NCBI GenBank assembly: GCA_001771275.1
Contig: METE01000001.1
Coordinates: 55,158 to 119,157, forward strand
Length of the DNA stretch: 64,000 nucleotides
From: a candidate division Kazan bacterium RIFCSPLOWO2_01_FULL_48_13
GTDB taxonomy: Bacteria > Patescibacteriota > Kazan-3B-28 > UBA10110
Direction of reading: 5' to 3'
This document shows, piece by piece, positions 39,957 through 49,277 of the stretch. Position 1 is the first letter of the stretch; each line of letters starts with the position of its first letter. Both the position numbers and the translations under genes were made by a program. The notes beneath the pieces were generated by a model. It did not search any database. It was not told the DNA's origin and saw only the letters and a program-made list of their open reading frames with translations.

Positions 39957-41909
39957 TTGGTCAGGTTTTCGGGAGCTAAGAACGAGATGTACAAACTATT
40001 AAAGAAGATCGATTGGGAGAGGAGGGTTTTTGCTTTGCCCACCAACTGGGCAGGAGCACTGACCCTAGTTGCGCTGTGGGCATATGGATTTTTTGGCGCG
40101 CTTTCCTCTGATTCTCATACGCTCAATTTATTCATTTCTCTGATATTGCTGTCCATCTACCTGCTATTTTTGTTCGTTTGGCAAAAGCAGGATCCCCTAT
40201 TCAAAGACAGGTTGGTTATAAAAATGGGTGATGTCTGGGTGGTGGCTATACTGTTTGTCTTTTTATTTATATTTTCTTGGTCCGCATTAGCCATCCCCCT
40301 GGTCAACGACGAACTAGCTCACGCGCAACAAGCCGAACTGCACGGGCTATCGCTCATCTACCTCTTAGTTGGGGGGTGGGGGTGGTTGAATGGACTGACT
40401 TTCGCAGGTGTCCTCTGGGTGATCAACGTAGCCGCCTTAGTCTTAGGAATAGTATCTTATCTGTTTCTCAAACAAAAGGGACTGTGGCTAAAGCTGGTGG
40501 CTTTCTCGTCTGTATTTATTTTATTTCGCCTATTGATCATGGGTTTTGGAGGAAGTGGTGGACAGCACCCGCCATTTCGGCTTTTCCCGCTTTGGCTATC
40601 GGGAACCATTCTATCCCCCTCAGATTTCAGCTTTCGCTTCGCCCAGTTTATTGGGTTGGTAATTTTTGGCTGGTTGATCTGGCGCTTTATTGAAAAACGG
40701 GCTGGACATCTTTTGGCGCTCCTGATCGCTATGACCGCGGTGACCATCCCCGTACTTTGGTATGTCGGTGTTTTGGTTGGGCCATCCATCTGGACAACGA
40801 TGGCCTGGAGTTTGGTTCTGCTGTACATGTATCTGAAACCCAACCTCATCGCCAAGGATTTTCTCCGCCTAGTGGCGATCGTTTCCATCGCCACGCTAAT
40901 GCGGCAGACAGCATTTGTAGCTCTGGTACCGATTTTTTTGCGCCTGGCTTACGATCTATGGAAAAGGGGGTTAACTTTCCGAGAGGTACTGTTGATCTCT
41001 TCTCCTCTGCTGGTGATGGTGCCGTTCTTGCTAATAAGTTTTATCTCCGGCACACCGGCAAGTTATGTGCCAGGAGCAACATCCTATTTCCCCCCAGAGA
41101 CGTCCGGTCTTGGTCGGGTTTGGTTTGCGCTCAGCTCAGGATTAGCTTGGACAGCGATCCGCAACTCGGTTCAGCCGCTCTGGCTGGTATTTGGTGGGGT
41201 GTCGTTGATCTGCCTACTAAAAACTCCGCGGAGGTTTTTAGAAAACATCTTCTTCTTGGCCGGCGGAGTAGGTGTTTTTTATCTAATCAGCCCGTTGCTT
41301 TGGGGCAACGGTCGGTACCAAGCTGAGTACATTATACCTTTCTCAATCCTGGGTTTGATCATGGTAATAATCTTTCTGCGGGAAAAAGTTGGCTGGTTAA
41401 AGTATCACCTGCTTCTCGGCGCATTAGTGATGATCGGCTACAACACTTATTCTTTTATAAAAATCCCCCGACTTAACGCTCCGGTCAATACCTTAATCTC
41501 AACTCGTTACGACCTGATGAAAAAGCTGGGGGAATACAGTATTATCTCTCAGCTCCCCTACGACTACCGTTCGGCAATGACGGCAGCTAAGGATAGCAAT
41601 TATGCCGACTCGCTTTATATCGTTGGATCTACCTACGGAGTTTTCCCCCAGATACTAGACGGTTTTACTATTGGAGAAGCTATTGCCAATAAAAAATTGC
41701 TTGGCAAAGGAGGTTTACTCCGTAACGAAAGTGGCGATTTAACTCCGGCTGATATTAACTCAAACAAGGATATAAAATTGGTATTGGTTTCAGATGTGCC
41801 CAACGCCAATTATTTCTTGGATCAGTTAACGTCCTTGGGTTGGGTAATGTGGGAAGAGTTTAAGGATGAGCGGTTCGGTTCAACTATATTTGGCTTGATT
41901 AGAGAATAA
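39957..41909 (+). CDS. Polytopic membrane protein, probable GT-C glycosyltransferase
   Basis: NDELAH, HPPFR, RY motif, many TM helices; start may be ATG 39987. Confidence 0.6.
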   Translation: MVRFSGAKNEMYKLLKKIDWERRVFALPTNWAGALTLVALWAYGFFGALSSDSHTLNLFISLILLSIYLLFLFVWQKQDPLFKDRLVIKMGDVWVVAILFVFLFIFSWSALAIPLVNDELAHAQQAELHGLSLIYLLVGGWGWLNGLTFAGVLWVINVAALVLGIVSYLFLKQKGLWLKLVAFSSVFILFRLLIMGFGGSGGQHPPFRLFPLWLSGTILSPSDFSFRFAQFIGLVIFGWLIWRFIEKRAGHLLALLIAMTAVTIPVLWYVGVLVGPSIWTTMAWSLVLLYMYLKPNLIAKDFLRLVAIVSIATLMRQTAFVALVPIFLRLAYDLWKRGLTFREVLLISSPLLVMVPFLLISFISGTPASYVPGATSYFPPETSGLGRVWFALSSGLAWTAIRNSVQPLWLVFGGVSLICLLKTPRRFLENIFFLAGGVGVFYLISPLLWGNGRYQAEYIIPFSILGLIMVIIFLREKVGWLKYHLLLGALVMIGYNTYSFIKIPRLNAPVNTLISTRYDLMKKLGEYSIISQLPYDYRSAMTAAKDSNYADSLYIVGSTYGVFPQILDGFTIGEAIANKKLLGKGGLLRNESGDLTPADINSNKDIKLVLVSDVPNANYFLDQLTSLGWVMWEEFKDERFGSTIFGLIRE

Positions 41910-41913
41910 AGCG

Positions 41914-42615
41914 ATGAAATTATCAATTGTGGTTCCATGCTATAACGAAGCACAGAATATCCCACTAATCTTGGAGCGGTTCCAATCAGCGATCCGGCGC
42001 AACGACATAGAAGTTATTTTGGTAGATAACAACTCGGTCGATGGCTCGGATAAGGTGTTGGCCGAGCTGGTACCCAGATACGCTTTCGCGCGCAGTCTAT
42101 CCGAGCCTAGCCCCGGCTACGGCCACGCAGTAGTCGCCGGCCTTAAGATAGCCCACGGAGAATACATCGGCTGGACCCATGCCGATATGCAGACCGATCC
42201 CAAAGATCCTATCCGCGCCTTGGGGATGATCGAAAACCTCGGAAACCCTACAAATATCTATCTGAAGGGTAGACGGTTATCCCGTCCTTGGTTAGACACC
42301 ATATTAACTTGGGGTATGAGCGTGTTCGAAACACTATACCTAGGTCGGGTGCTATTTGACATCAATGCTCAGCCCAATATTTTTCATAAAAACTTTTTTG
42401 CCGCCTGGCAGAACCCACCGGGAGATTTTGCACTTGATCTCTATGCCCTCTATCTAGCCAAAAAGGTAGGGATTCATATCATTCGTTTTGATGTTACTTT
42501 CTTAAAACGAGTTTACGGCGAATCAAGCTGGAACAAGGGCTTAGCTTCAAGGTGGAAATTTATTAAACGGACTATTAAATTTAGTGTGGGATTAAAGAGA
42601 CGGCTGGCACTATAA
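41914..42615 (+). CDS. GT2 glycosyltransferase
   Basis: SIVVPCYNE, VDNNS.DGS, GYG.A, WTHADMQTDP. Confidence 0.9.
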   Translation: MKLSIVVPCYNEAQNIPLILERFQSAIRRNDIEVILVDNNSVDGSDKVLAELVPRYAFARSLSEPSPGYGHAVVAGLKIAHGEYIGWTHADMQTDPKDPIRALGMIENLGNPTNIYLKGRRLSRPWLDTILTWGMSVFETLYLGRVLFDINAQPNIFHKNFFAAWQNPPGDFALDLYALYLAKKVGIHIIRFDVTFLKRVYGESSWNKGLASRWKFIKRTIKFSVGLKRRLAL

Positions 42616-42718
42616 CCGCTACAAAAGTATGGGGGTTACAACTTTAGCTAAGATCAAAAGCGCGGTATCAATTGGCAGCCACCCTTTCACCTTCACGGCC
42701 AGGAGGTCAAATATAAGG

Positions 42719-42747
42719 TTGACATAATCAAAAAAGTATGTTATACT
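42719..42747 (+). promoter_or_regulatory. Near-consensus sigma70 promoter of the second WxL subunit gene
   Basis: TTGACA-17 nt-TATACT. Confidence 0.7.
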
Positions 42748-42789
42748 AAGATAATTAGGTTCCCAAATAAACCTAACCTAAACAATAAA

Positions 42790-43416
42790 ATGAAAAACAA
42801 ACTTAGTGGATTTTTCCAGACCCAGGCAGAAATAAACCGGCAGATGTTGGTGTTGGGCTCAGTGCTGTTTTTTGCCGGCGTGATGGCCATTGGGACAATT
42901 CAGCTGGCTAATGCCGGGCTGACGGCTGATACAAATGTGGCGCAAAATGTGACAGCTGGCTCTCTGGCGATTACGGCTAATACCCAGTTAAACTTTAACT
43001 CTGGTTCAATCAGCCAAACAACTCTCGCCAACACTGGCGCATCTACTGCTATTGTTCTGCAAGATACTTCCGGCAGCGGCAATGGCTGGTCAGTCACGGG
43101 TTATTTCAACACCAATTTCGTGGCTGCCAATCCTGCTGTTCAGATGGCAATCGACTCGGACATGGCCTGGTACCCAGGCGATATGCAGGTGGCCAACAAT
43201 GGCACCAGCAACAATGCCAGCGTTAATAAAGGTGGTAATGGCGCTTTTGTGGGTATCGCCTCTGGTAATAATAAAACTCTGGCTACATCCAACAACAGTC
43301 ACGGCGATAAAGGGGCTGGCACATATGATGTGTGGAATTTGCCGCTCAACTACACCATTCCATTAAGCGCAACCGCTACCGACTACACAACTAGTTTTCG
43401 ATTGACGATTGCCTAA
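42790..43416 (+). CDS. Small secreted WxL-like subunit
   Basis: Signal peptide ending ANA; LQDTSGSGNGWSVT; C-terminal IP...ATDYTTSFRLTIA. Confidence 0.7.
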   Translation: MKNKLSGFFQTQAEINRQMLVLGSVLFFAGVMAIGTIQLANAGLTADTNVAQNVTAGSLAITANTQLNFNSGSISQTTLANTGASTAIVLQDTSGSGNGWSVTGYFNTNFVAANPAVQMAIDSDMAWYPGDMQVANNGTSNNASVNKGGNGAFVGIASGNNKTLATSNNSHGDKGAGTYDVWNLPLNYTIPLSATATDYTTSFRLTIA

Positions 43417-43454
43417 ATAAAACCTACCAAGCACAATTGCTGAATCTTGGGTTG

Positions 43455-43480
43455 ACCTGCGCGATACCGCAGGTTTTTTG
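43455..43480 (+). terminator. Intrinsic terminator
   Basis: ACCTGCG-cgatac-CGCAGGT followed by a T-run. Confidence 0.65.
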
Positions 43481-43513
43481 TTATCCAATGGATAGTTTTG
43501 ATAAGATGGGAGG

Positions 43514-45079
43514 GTGGTAAGCAAGAGAAAATCAAAGAAGCAATTAAGCAATTCTAAAATATCTAACTGGTGGCAACGCCTGATGAGTTCTATGACAGCG
43601 TTAGACCGATTGGGCCTGTTATTGTTGGTGGGGTTGGGATTGCGGCCAATATTAGACCCCGACTTTGGTTGGCATTTGCGTTCGGGGACTGATTTACTAA
43701 ACTATCTAGCTGTCCCCAGAACTGACCCATATTCTCATACCCTACCCGACTGGCCGTGGGTAAATCATGAGTGGTTAAGCGATGTAGTAGTGGCCTTTAC
43801 CCATAATCACTTAAGCTCACTGGTGGTGATTATACTCTTTACTATATTGATAACTACGATTTTTCTGTTGGCCGCCTCAGTCGAGCCAGTCGGTTGGCCC
43901 TATAAAATACTGGCTGCTGTAGTTGGGTTACTGGCAGCGCTACCGATACTGGGGGTGAGAATGCAGATGATCACTTTACTTGGGATGGCCTGGCTAATTT
44001 GGATTTTGTACCGACATCGGCGCGGGGACTTAAAAAATTTGTGGTGGCTACCAATTGCCTTTCTACTATGGGCCAACCTGCATGGTGGATTTGTCATCGG
44101 TTTGGTGATTTTGGTGGTTTGGTGGCTGTGCGAAGGGGCGAAGTATCTGATACTACACTGGCGGCCAGTGTGGTATTCCAAACTGCAGATTACCGAACTG
44201 GCATTGGATCGATCACAGTTAAGACATTTGTTTGGCATCAGTTGGCTGGCTGGTATCGCCACTCTGATAAACCCTTACGGTTGGGGCCTGTATGCCGATT
44301 TTTATAAGCTGTTTACCAATCCATTTGCTATTCAACACATTAGCGAGTGGCAACCGGTGTCGTTAGATAACGCCCTATCACTGAACTTCACTCTATATCT
44401 GATCCTGTTCGGGCTGGTACTACTAATGACCTACCGCAAGATTGAACCAACCCGCTGGATAATGTCCGGCTTGTTTTTGTATTTATCGCTGTTGTATTGG
44501 CGCAATATGCCGTTTTTTATGATAATCAGCGTCGGATTTTTAGCGGAGATTCTTCAGCAACATACCCATCTTATAATCAGATCCCTGAGCAAAAATAAAT
44601 GGGTCCTCACCGGTGCCGTAATAATAATTAGCATTATTATTGGCCAGAGAATTGATGATGTAGCGGGCAAGCTGATCAACCCAACAGCCAGTCTTCGCTC
44701 TGGCGGATATCCGATTGATGCCGTCCAGTGGGCAAAAGCCAACCCAGACAAAATTGGCAAGACAATGTTTAACGAATATGATTGGGGCGGATTTCTCATC
44801 TGGCAGTTCCCCGAACAAAAAGTCTTTGTAGACGGCCGAATGCCGTATTGGAAGACCAGCAATCGGTTTCCTTTTCTGGAAGAGCAATACGCTATATCCG
44901 CCCAATCAGGATCCATCGAAATGTTGGAAAATACATATGGGGTTGATTGGATAATGATCAGACCCGGGCGCCAGTTGGCGTTGGTTTTGTCGGGACAAAA
45001 AGATTGGAAATTAGTCTACCATGACACTATCGCAATGATTTATTATAGAATAGATGGTAGTGATAAAAATAACACCTAA
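43514..45079 (+). CDS. GT-C-like polytopic membrane protein (DPDxGW family)
   Basis: DPDFGWHLRSG, WVNHEWL, WANLHGGF, INPYG, ISEW, MFNEYDWGGFLIW, FVDGRM. Confidence 0.75.
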   Translation: MVSKRKSKKQLSNSKISNWWQRLMSSMTALDRLGLLLLVGLGLRPILDPDFGWHLRSGTDLLNYLAVPRTDPYSHTLPDWPWVNHEWLSDVVVAFTHNHLSSLVVIILFTILITTIFLLAASVEPVGWPYKILAAVVGLLAALPILGVRMQMITLLGMAWLIWILYRHRRGDLKNLWWLPIAFLLWANLHGGFVIGLVILVVWWLCEGAKYLILHWRPVWYSKLQITELALDRSQLRHLFGISWLAGIATLINPYGWGLYADFYKLFTNPFAIQHISEWQPVSLDNALSLNFTLYLILFGLVLLMTYRKIEPTRWIMSGLFLYLSLLYWRNMPFFMIISVGFLAEILQQHTHLIIRSLSKNKWVLTGAVIIISIIIGQRIDDVAGKLINPTASLRSGGYPIDAVQWAKANPDKIGKTMFNEYDWGGFLIWQFPEQKVFVDGRMPYWKTSNRFPFLEEQYAISAQSGSIEMLENTYGVDWIMIRPGRQLALVLSGQKDWKLVYHDTIAMIYYRIDGSDKNNT

Positions 45080-46460
45080 AATCTTCGGTGGCATTGTAGC
45101 GGTAGTCGTGGCGATTAGTTTGTCGCCGCTAACGACCTGGGCCATGTCGGCTGGTGGAATGAGTATTGCCCCGGCTCCCAACCCCACATTCCCCGATCGA
45201 AATAAGGGTTGGTTTATTTATGAACAAGTTGAGCCCGGCACAGTGATCGAAGATGTGGCGCGGGTAATAAATTTGGACAGTAGCACAGCCACCATAACCA
45301 TTGAGACTGTGGATGCGGGGATGAACGAAGATGGCGGTTTTGGTTTAGTGGGAAGCCCGGAGGAAAACATAGATATTGGCAGATGGATAGAGCTATCGAA
45401 AACCGAGGTGACCTTACCAGCCAACCGGGAAGAGATTGTTCCTTTTAAAATAACAGTTCCGGCGGATGCGGAGGTGGGCGACCATATTGGAGCATTGGCG
45501 GTTTATCAAATTAGTCCAGCAACAGATAAGACTGCAAAAATTGGCGGGTCGCAGGTAAGTATCAGTACCCGAGTGGGGGCCAGGATTTATCTGACCGTCA
45601 AGGGAGATATCGTGCGTGGATTAAAATTACTTAAAGGGTCGTTGTATGGTCGAGGGCAGTCTTTGATGTTTGGTTTAAAAGTGAAGAATTTAGGCAATGT
45701 GCGGGCGGATTTGAGGATGACAGCAAAAATATATAGCATTTGGGGGGTGTATGACAAAAAAGAAGCCATCCAAATTGGTCAGGTTTTCCCCAGAAAAACA
45801 ATTAGCATTCAGGCGCCTTGGCCAGGAAAATCTCGTCCGATTTTTGGTTTGTATTGGGCGAGTGTCACCATTGAAGATGCTTTTAAGGGATTAAATCCGA
45901 TTAATAGTCCGCTGCCAGCCAGCCAGCCAATTCATACTTGGGTGGTTACTTTCTTTATTCCGTGGACCCAAACAGCGATTTTGGTATTACTATTGTTTTT
46001 GATTTGGTTCTTTATTCAGCTAAGAAGATGGCGGCAGATGGTAGCTCTTTCCACCACACCGGTGGTGGCTTATAAGATAAAACCGGGCGATCATTTGGCA
46101 AATATCGCGGCTCGATATGGTATCAGTTGGAAACTATTGGCCCACTTAAATGAAATCAAACCACCATACAGTCTGCATGGAGTCGCTCAAATTTATGTAC
46201 CAGACGCTAAGGGTAGCCGGCAGGGCATGAGAGCTCCGCGCTTCCTGGCGTATTTAATTAAGCCACTTCATCGTTTCTGGCGCCGCAGATCACCAGATGT
46301 GATCGTGGTGGAACCAGGCGACACTAAGACAGATGTCGAAAAATTTACTGGCTTATCGTGGAAAAGGTTGGCAGCTTATAATCAGCTATCCCCTACTTCG
46401 GCACTAAAGAGCGGCCAAGAGTTGAGGGTGCCATCGACTTACCGAAGGAATACTCGCTGA
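45054..46460 (+). CDS. DUF916-like (WxL-associated) protein with TM helix and two LysM domains
   Basis: GWFIYE, IEDVARVIN, DIGRWI, FKITVP.DAEVGDH.G, RVGARIYLTV, NLGNV; YKIKPGD.L..IA.RYGI; paralog of 19330-20982. Confidence 0.75.
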   Translation: MVVIKITPKIFGGIVAVVVAISLSPLTTWAMSAGGMSIAPAPNPTFPDRNKGWFIYEQVEPGTVIEDVARVINLDSSTATITIETVDAGMNEDGGFGLVGSPEENIDIGRWIELSKTEVTLPANREEIVPFKITVPADAEVGDHIGALAVYQISPATDKTAKIGGSQVSISTRVGARIYLTVKGDIVRGLKLLKGSLYGRGQSLMFGLKVKNLGNVRADLRMTAKIYSIWGVYDKKEAIQIGQVFPRKTISIQAPWPGKSRPIFGLYWASVTIEDAFKGLNPINSPLPASQPIHTWVVTFFIPWTQTAILVLLLFLIWFFIQLRRWRQMVALSTTPVVAYKIKPGDHLANIAARYGISWKLLAHLNEIKPPYSLHGVAQIYVPDAKGSRQGMRAPRFLAYLIKPLHRFWRRRSPDVIVVEPGDTKTDVEKFTGLSWKRLAAYNQLSPTSALKSGQELRVPSTYRRNTR

Positions 46461-46501
46461 GAATCCCTATCAGCAAAGGTTAGAACAAGCGAGGTTAGTT
46501 T

Positions 46502-48016
46502 ATGAGCAGATCGAGGCTGCAAAAATTAGTTATTTGGATAATAGTGGGGGGACTATCTCTGGTGAATGCCAGCAGTTTAGTTTTACGGTTTCCCCGACCA
46601 GCCTATGCCGTAACCAAAATGCTACTATTATGGGACGACGGCACCTACGGCGCTGTGCCATCGGGCTGGACAACTGATGCGACCTATAACGACCTGATGT
46701 TACGGGGCAACACGACAGCCGGCGGAACTGGAGGGAGCGATACTCACACCCATACCATTACTAATGCCAATGTTGACACAGTCAACACCGGTAGTAACGC
46801 CCAGCAGAAAAAAGGCTCGGCTACAGTATCGGCCCAAAGCCATACTCATGCGATTACCAGTTCATCGATGTCGAACGAATCTTCCTTGCCGCCATATCGC
46901 GGACTAATGGTAATTGCCAACGATAGCGGTATTCCAACCACCTTGCCGTTAAATATAATCGTGTTGTTTGATACAGCCAGTCTCTCCGGTGATTTTAGCC
47001 GATATTCAGCCCAAGATAACTATTTTGTGCGCGGGGCATCGACAGCCGGAGGCACAGGGGGCTCTTCGGCGCTACACGGACATAGTAGTGTGGCTTTTGG
47101 CACTGGCAACCCGAATTCGACCGAAGCCGCCATGGTGACTGGCGCGGCGGTGACTGCCAACACCAGTACCCACTCTCACTCCTTAACCGGCAGCACTACT
47201 GATACGGATGGTGATATTGCGCCGCCACATGTTAATACGGTGTTAGCCAGAGTAACAACTGACGGCATCGCTATTCCGGCGGAAATGATCTCCATATTTG
47301 ATGCCGCCCCCGGAACTGGTTGGAATTCATTAAGTGGTGTGGGTGGTGATTTTAACCAAAAATACATTGAAGGAACATCAACTTATGCTGCGGCTCAAGG
47401 CAATGCCACCCATAACCACAACAAAACTGGCGGGTATACAACTAATACCGTCTCAACCGGTACCGGTTTGGGTACTGGGACCCCCGCTAAGGGGGTGGCC
47501 ACTAGCCATGCGCATCCGTTGGCAAGTCCAACTTTTAGTGACGGCAACAACGCGCCAGCCTATAAAGATGTGATCGTTGGCAAGAAGTTGGCTGAACTGG
47601 GGGTAACTGCCCCCGCCAATATTACTTTGACGGCTGGTAATCCCAGCCAGACACTGGATACTACTTTTCCTGGTGGCAGTGAGGTGACTGTGACGGATGG
47701 CGGCAATGGGTGGAGTATAACGGTCATTATGCAGACTACTCTGACATCTGGCGGCAACACCATTCCGAATGCCAATGTAAAAATTCGCAAGGATGGATTA
47801 GTTGATAGCGGAAGTTACACTATTTGGGGAGGAACCTACACTAATGTGGCTGAAACAAATGCTACCGAATCACTGGATGTTTCTCGGACTGTAGGCACTC
47901 GAAGTAGCGGGACAAGTGGAGATTCCACGACGACACGACCGAGTATCCAAGTAGTTATCCCCGGGATACAGGCGGCTGGAGATTATGTCGGCGCAATGAG
48001 ATTTACGGTGGCCTAA
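46502..48016 (+). CDS. Secreted adhesin: three tail-fibre-like HxH repeats plus C-terminal WxL-like domain
   Basis: Signal peptide ending AYA; 3x (GW...RG...GG..HxH...HxH...PP); TDGGNGWSITV...AGDYVGAMRFTVA. Confidence 0.72.
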   Translation: MSRSRLQKLVIWIIVGGLSLVNASSLVLRFPRPAYAVTKMLLLWDDGTYGAVPSGWTTDATYNDLMLRGNTTAGGTGGSDTHTHTITNANVDTVNTGSNAQQKKGSATVSAQSHTHAITSSSMSNESSLPPYRGLMVIANDSGIPTTLPLNIIVLFDTASLSGDFSRYSAQDNYFVRGASTAGGTGGSSALHGHSSVAFGTGNPNSTEAAMVTGAAVTANTSTHSHSLTGSTTDTDGDIAPPHVNTVLARVTTDGIAIPAEMISIFDAAPGTGWNSLSGVGGDFNQKYIEGTSTYAAAQGNATHNHNKTGGYTTNTVSTGTGLGTGTPAKGVATSHAHPLASPTFSDGNNAPAYKDVIVGKKLAELGVTAPANITLTAGNPSQTLDTTFPGGSEVTVTDGGNGWSITVIMQTTLTSGGNTIPNANVKIRKDGLVDSGSYTIWGGTYTNVAETNATESLDVSRTVGTRSSGTSGDSTTTRPSIQVVIPGIQAAGDYVGAMRFTVA

Positions 48017-48064
48017 AACCAAAACCGGTTGGGCAGATAGAGATCTCCCGCTTATAATAGAACT

Positions 48065-49222
48065 ATGAGGTGGCTTTGGAAATTAATTACTGCCGAGTTA
48101 GAAGTAACCCTGGCCCTGTTAATGCTGTTGGGGAGCATGGTGGTGTTGTCTGGGGTTTATGCCAACACTGCAGATATAAATGTTTCCCTCACTGTTCTGG
48201 AAGAGACCGAAGAGGAGAATGGCGACGGAGGGAGTGGGAGTGGTGGTAGTGGCGGGAGTGGAATCTCGTTACCAATCCCATCAACATCCACATCGCCCGT
48301 ACTAACTATGCCGTTACCGGAAAAACCCAAACCGCCAGAGGAGTTTAAATTGGTAGATTATGTGCCCAAAGTGATACCTGTACATCGCGATGCGCTAATC
48401 GTGCTGTACGGCTATGGTTTCCCATCAGATTTTAAAATCGTGATAAAGGCCAAAGATGCGATGTTGGTAGCGGACAGCGCTATGGTGAATAAGAAAACTG
48501 CCATCATCGAGGGGGCTGTGCTCGAGGCCGTGCAGTATGTCATCCCAGCGAAAACATTATCGCCGGGCGAGGCAGTATTGGTGATTCAGGAAGCTAATCA
48601 AGTATTGACCCCACCATTGCGAATACTGGTGTACGATCCCGCCCAAGCAATAAAATTGCGGGCGCAGATCGCTCAACGAACGATCAACATAACCGTTGCC
48701 AGTGGTCAGTCTGCCAATGTCGCCGTTAAATTTAAAAATATCGGATTAACTGAATGGGACTATTTGCTTCAACCATTACATATTGGGACTGACCAACCTC
48801 GTGACCGGCAATCCCGATTTGTTCATCAAGATTGGCCTTATAATAATCGGGTGGCGAAAATAAGTTTGCCAACGAATATAAATACTGGGGAATCATTTGA
48901 TGCCATTTTTTCCATACAAGCTCCAGTGGTAAAACGAACCACCCGATATACCGAGAATTTCGCGCTGGTGGCAGAGGGTATCGCTTGGATCTCAGGTTCT
49001 AATTTCACTGTCCGCATCACCGTTACCGCACCAGTGGCAATAAAGACGGTTAGATCGATTATCAAAACGACTCCCCCGGCGCCGGCCATCAAAAAGCCCG
49101 CCGCCCCCTATAAGACCCCCGGCGCCATACCAACAACTGGTGGTCAAAGTGGTGTCTGGTTGAACGGAATAAAATCATTCTTTACGCGGCTGTTCAGCTT
49201 TCTTATTATCACGCCTCGGTAG
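48065..49222 (+). CDS. Secreted/surface protein with Ig-like (NBR1-Ig-like) domain and amphipathic C-terminus
   Basis: Signal peptide ending VYA, Gly/Ser and Pro linkers, VKFKNIG..EW...PRDRQS.F...W...GES...F..QAP...F.LVAEGIAW. Confidence 0.6.
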   Translation: MRWLWKLITAELEVTLALLMLLGSMVVLSGVYANTADINVSLTVLEETEEENGDGGSGSGGSGGSGISLPIPSTSTSPVLTMPLPEKPKPPEEFKLVDYVPKVIPVHRDALIVLYGYGFPSDFKIVIKAKDAMLVADSAMVNKKTAIIEGAVLEAVQYVIPAKTLSPGEAVLVIQEANQVLTPPLRILVYDPAQAIKLRAQIAQRTINITVASGQSANVAVKFKNIGLTEWDYLLQPLHIGTDQPRDRQSRFVHQDWPYNNRVAKISLPTNINTGESFDAIFSIQAPVVKRTTRYTENFALVAEGIAWISGSNFTVRITVTAPVAIKTVRSIIKTTPPAPAIKKPAAPYKTPGAIPTTGGQSGVWLNGIKSFFTRLFSFLIITPR

Positions 49223-49277
49223 TAAATAATTATTGGGTAGATAGACCCGCCGGGGTCGGATTTGTTACAGTAGGGAT

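Noticed and set aside
40277-41326. Alternative-frame and antisense ORFs of 100-190 aa (also 4029-4505, 16241-16726, 49574-50050)
   Set aside because: They are shadows of well-supported longer genes and have no recognisable motifs.
46502-48016. Prophage remnant suggested by the tail-fibre-like repeats
   Set aside because: The protein has a signal peptide and WxL-like C-terminus within a host operon; no capsid, terminase or integrase genes are in the window.
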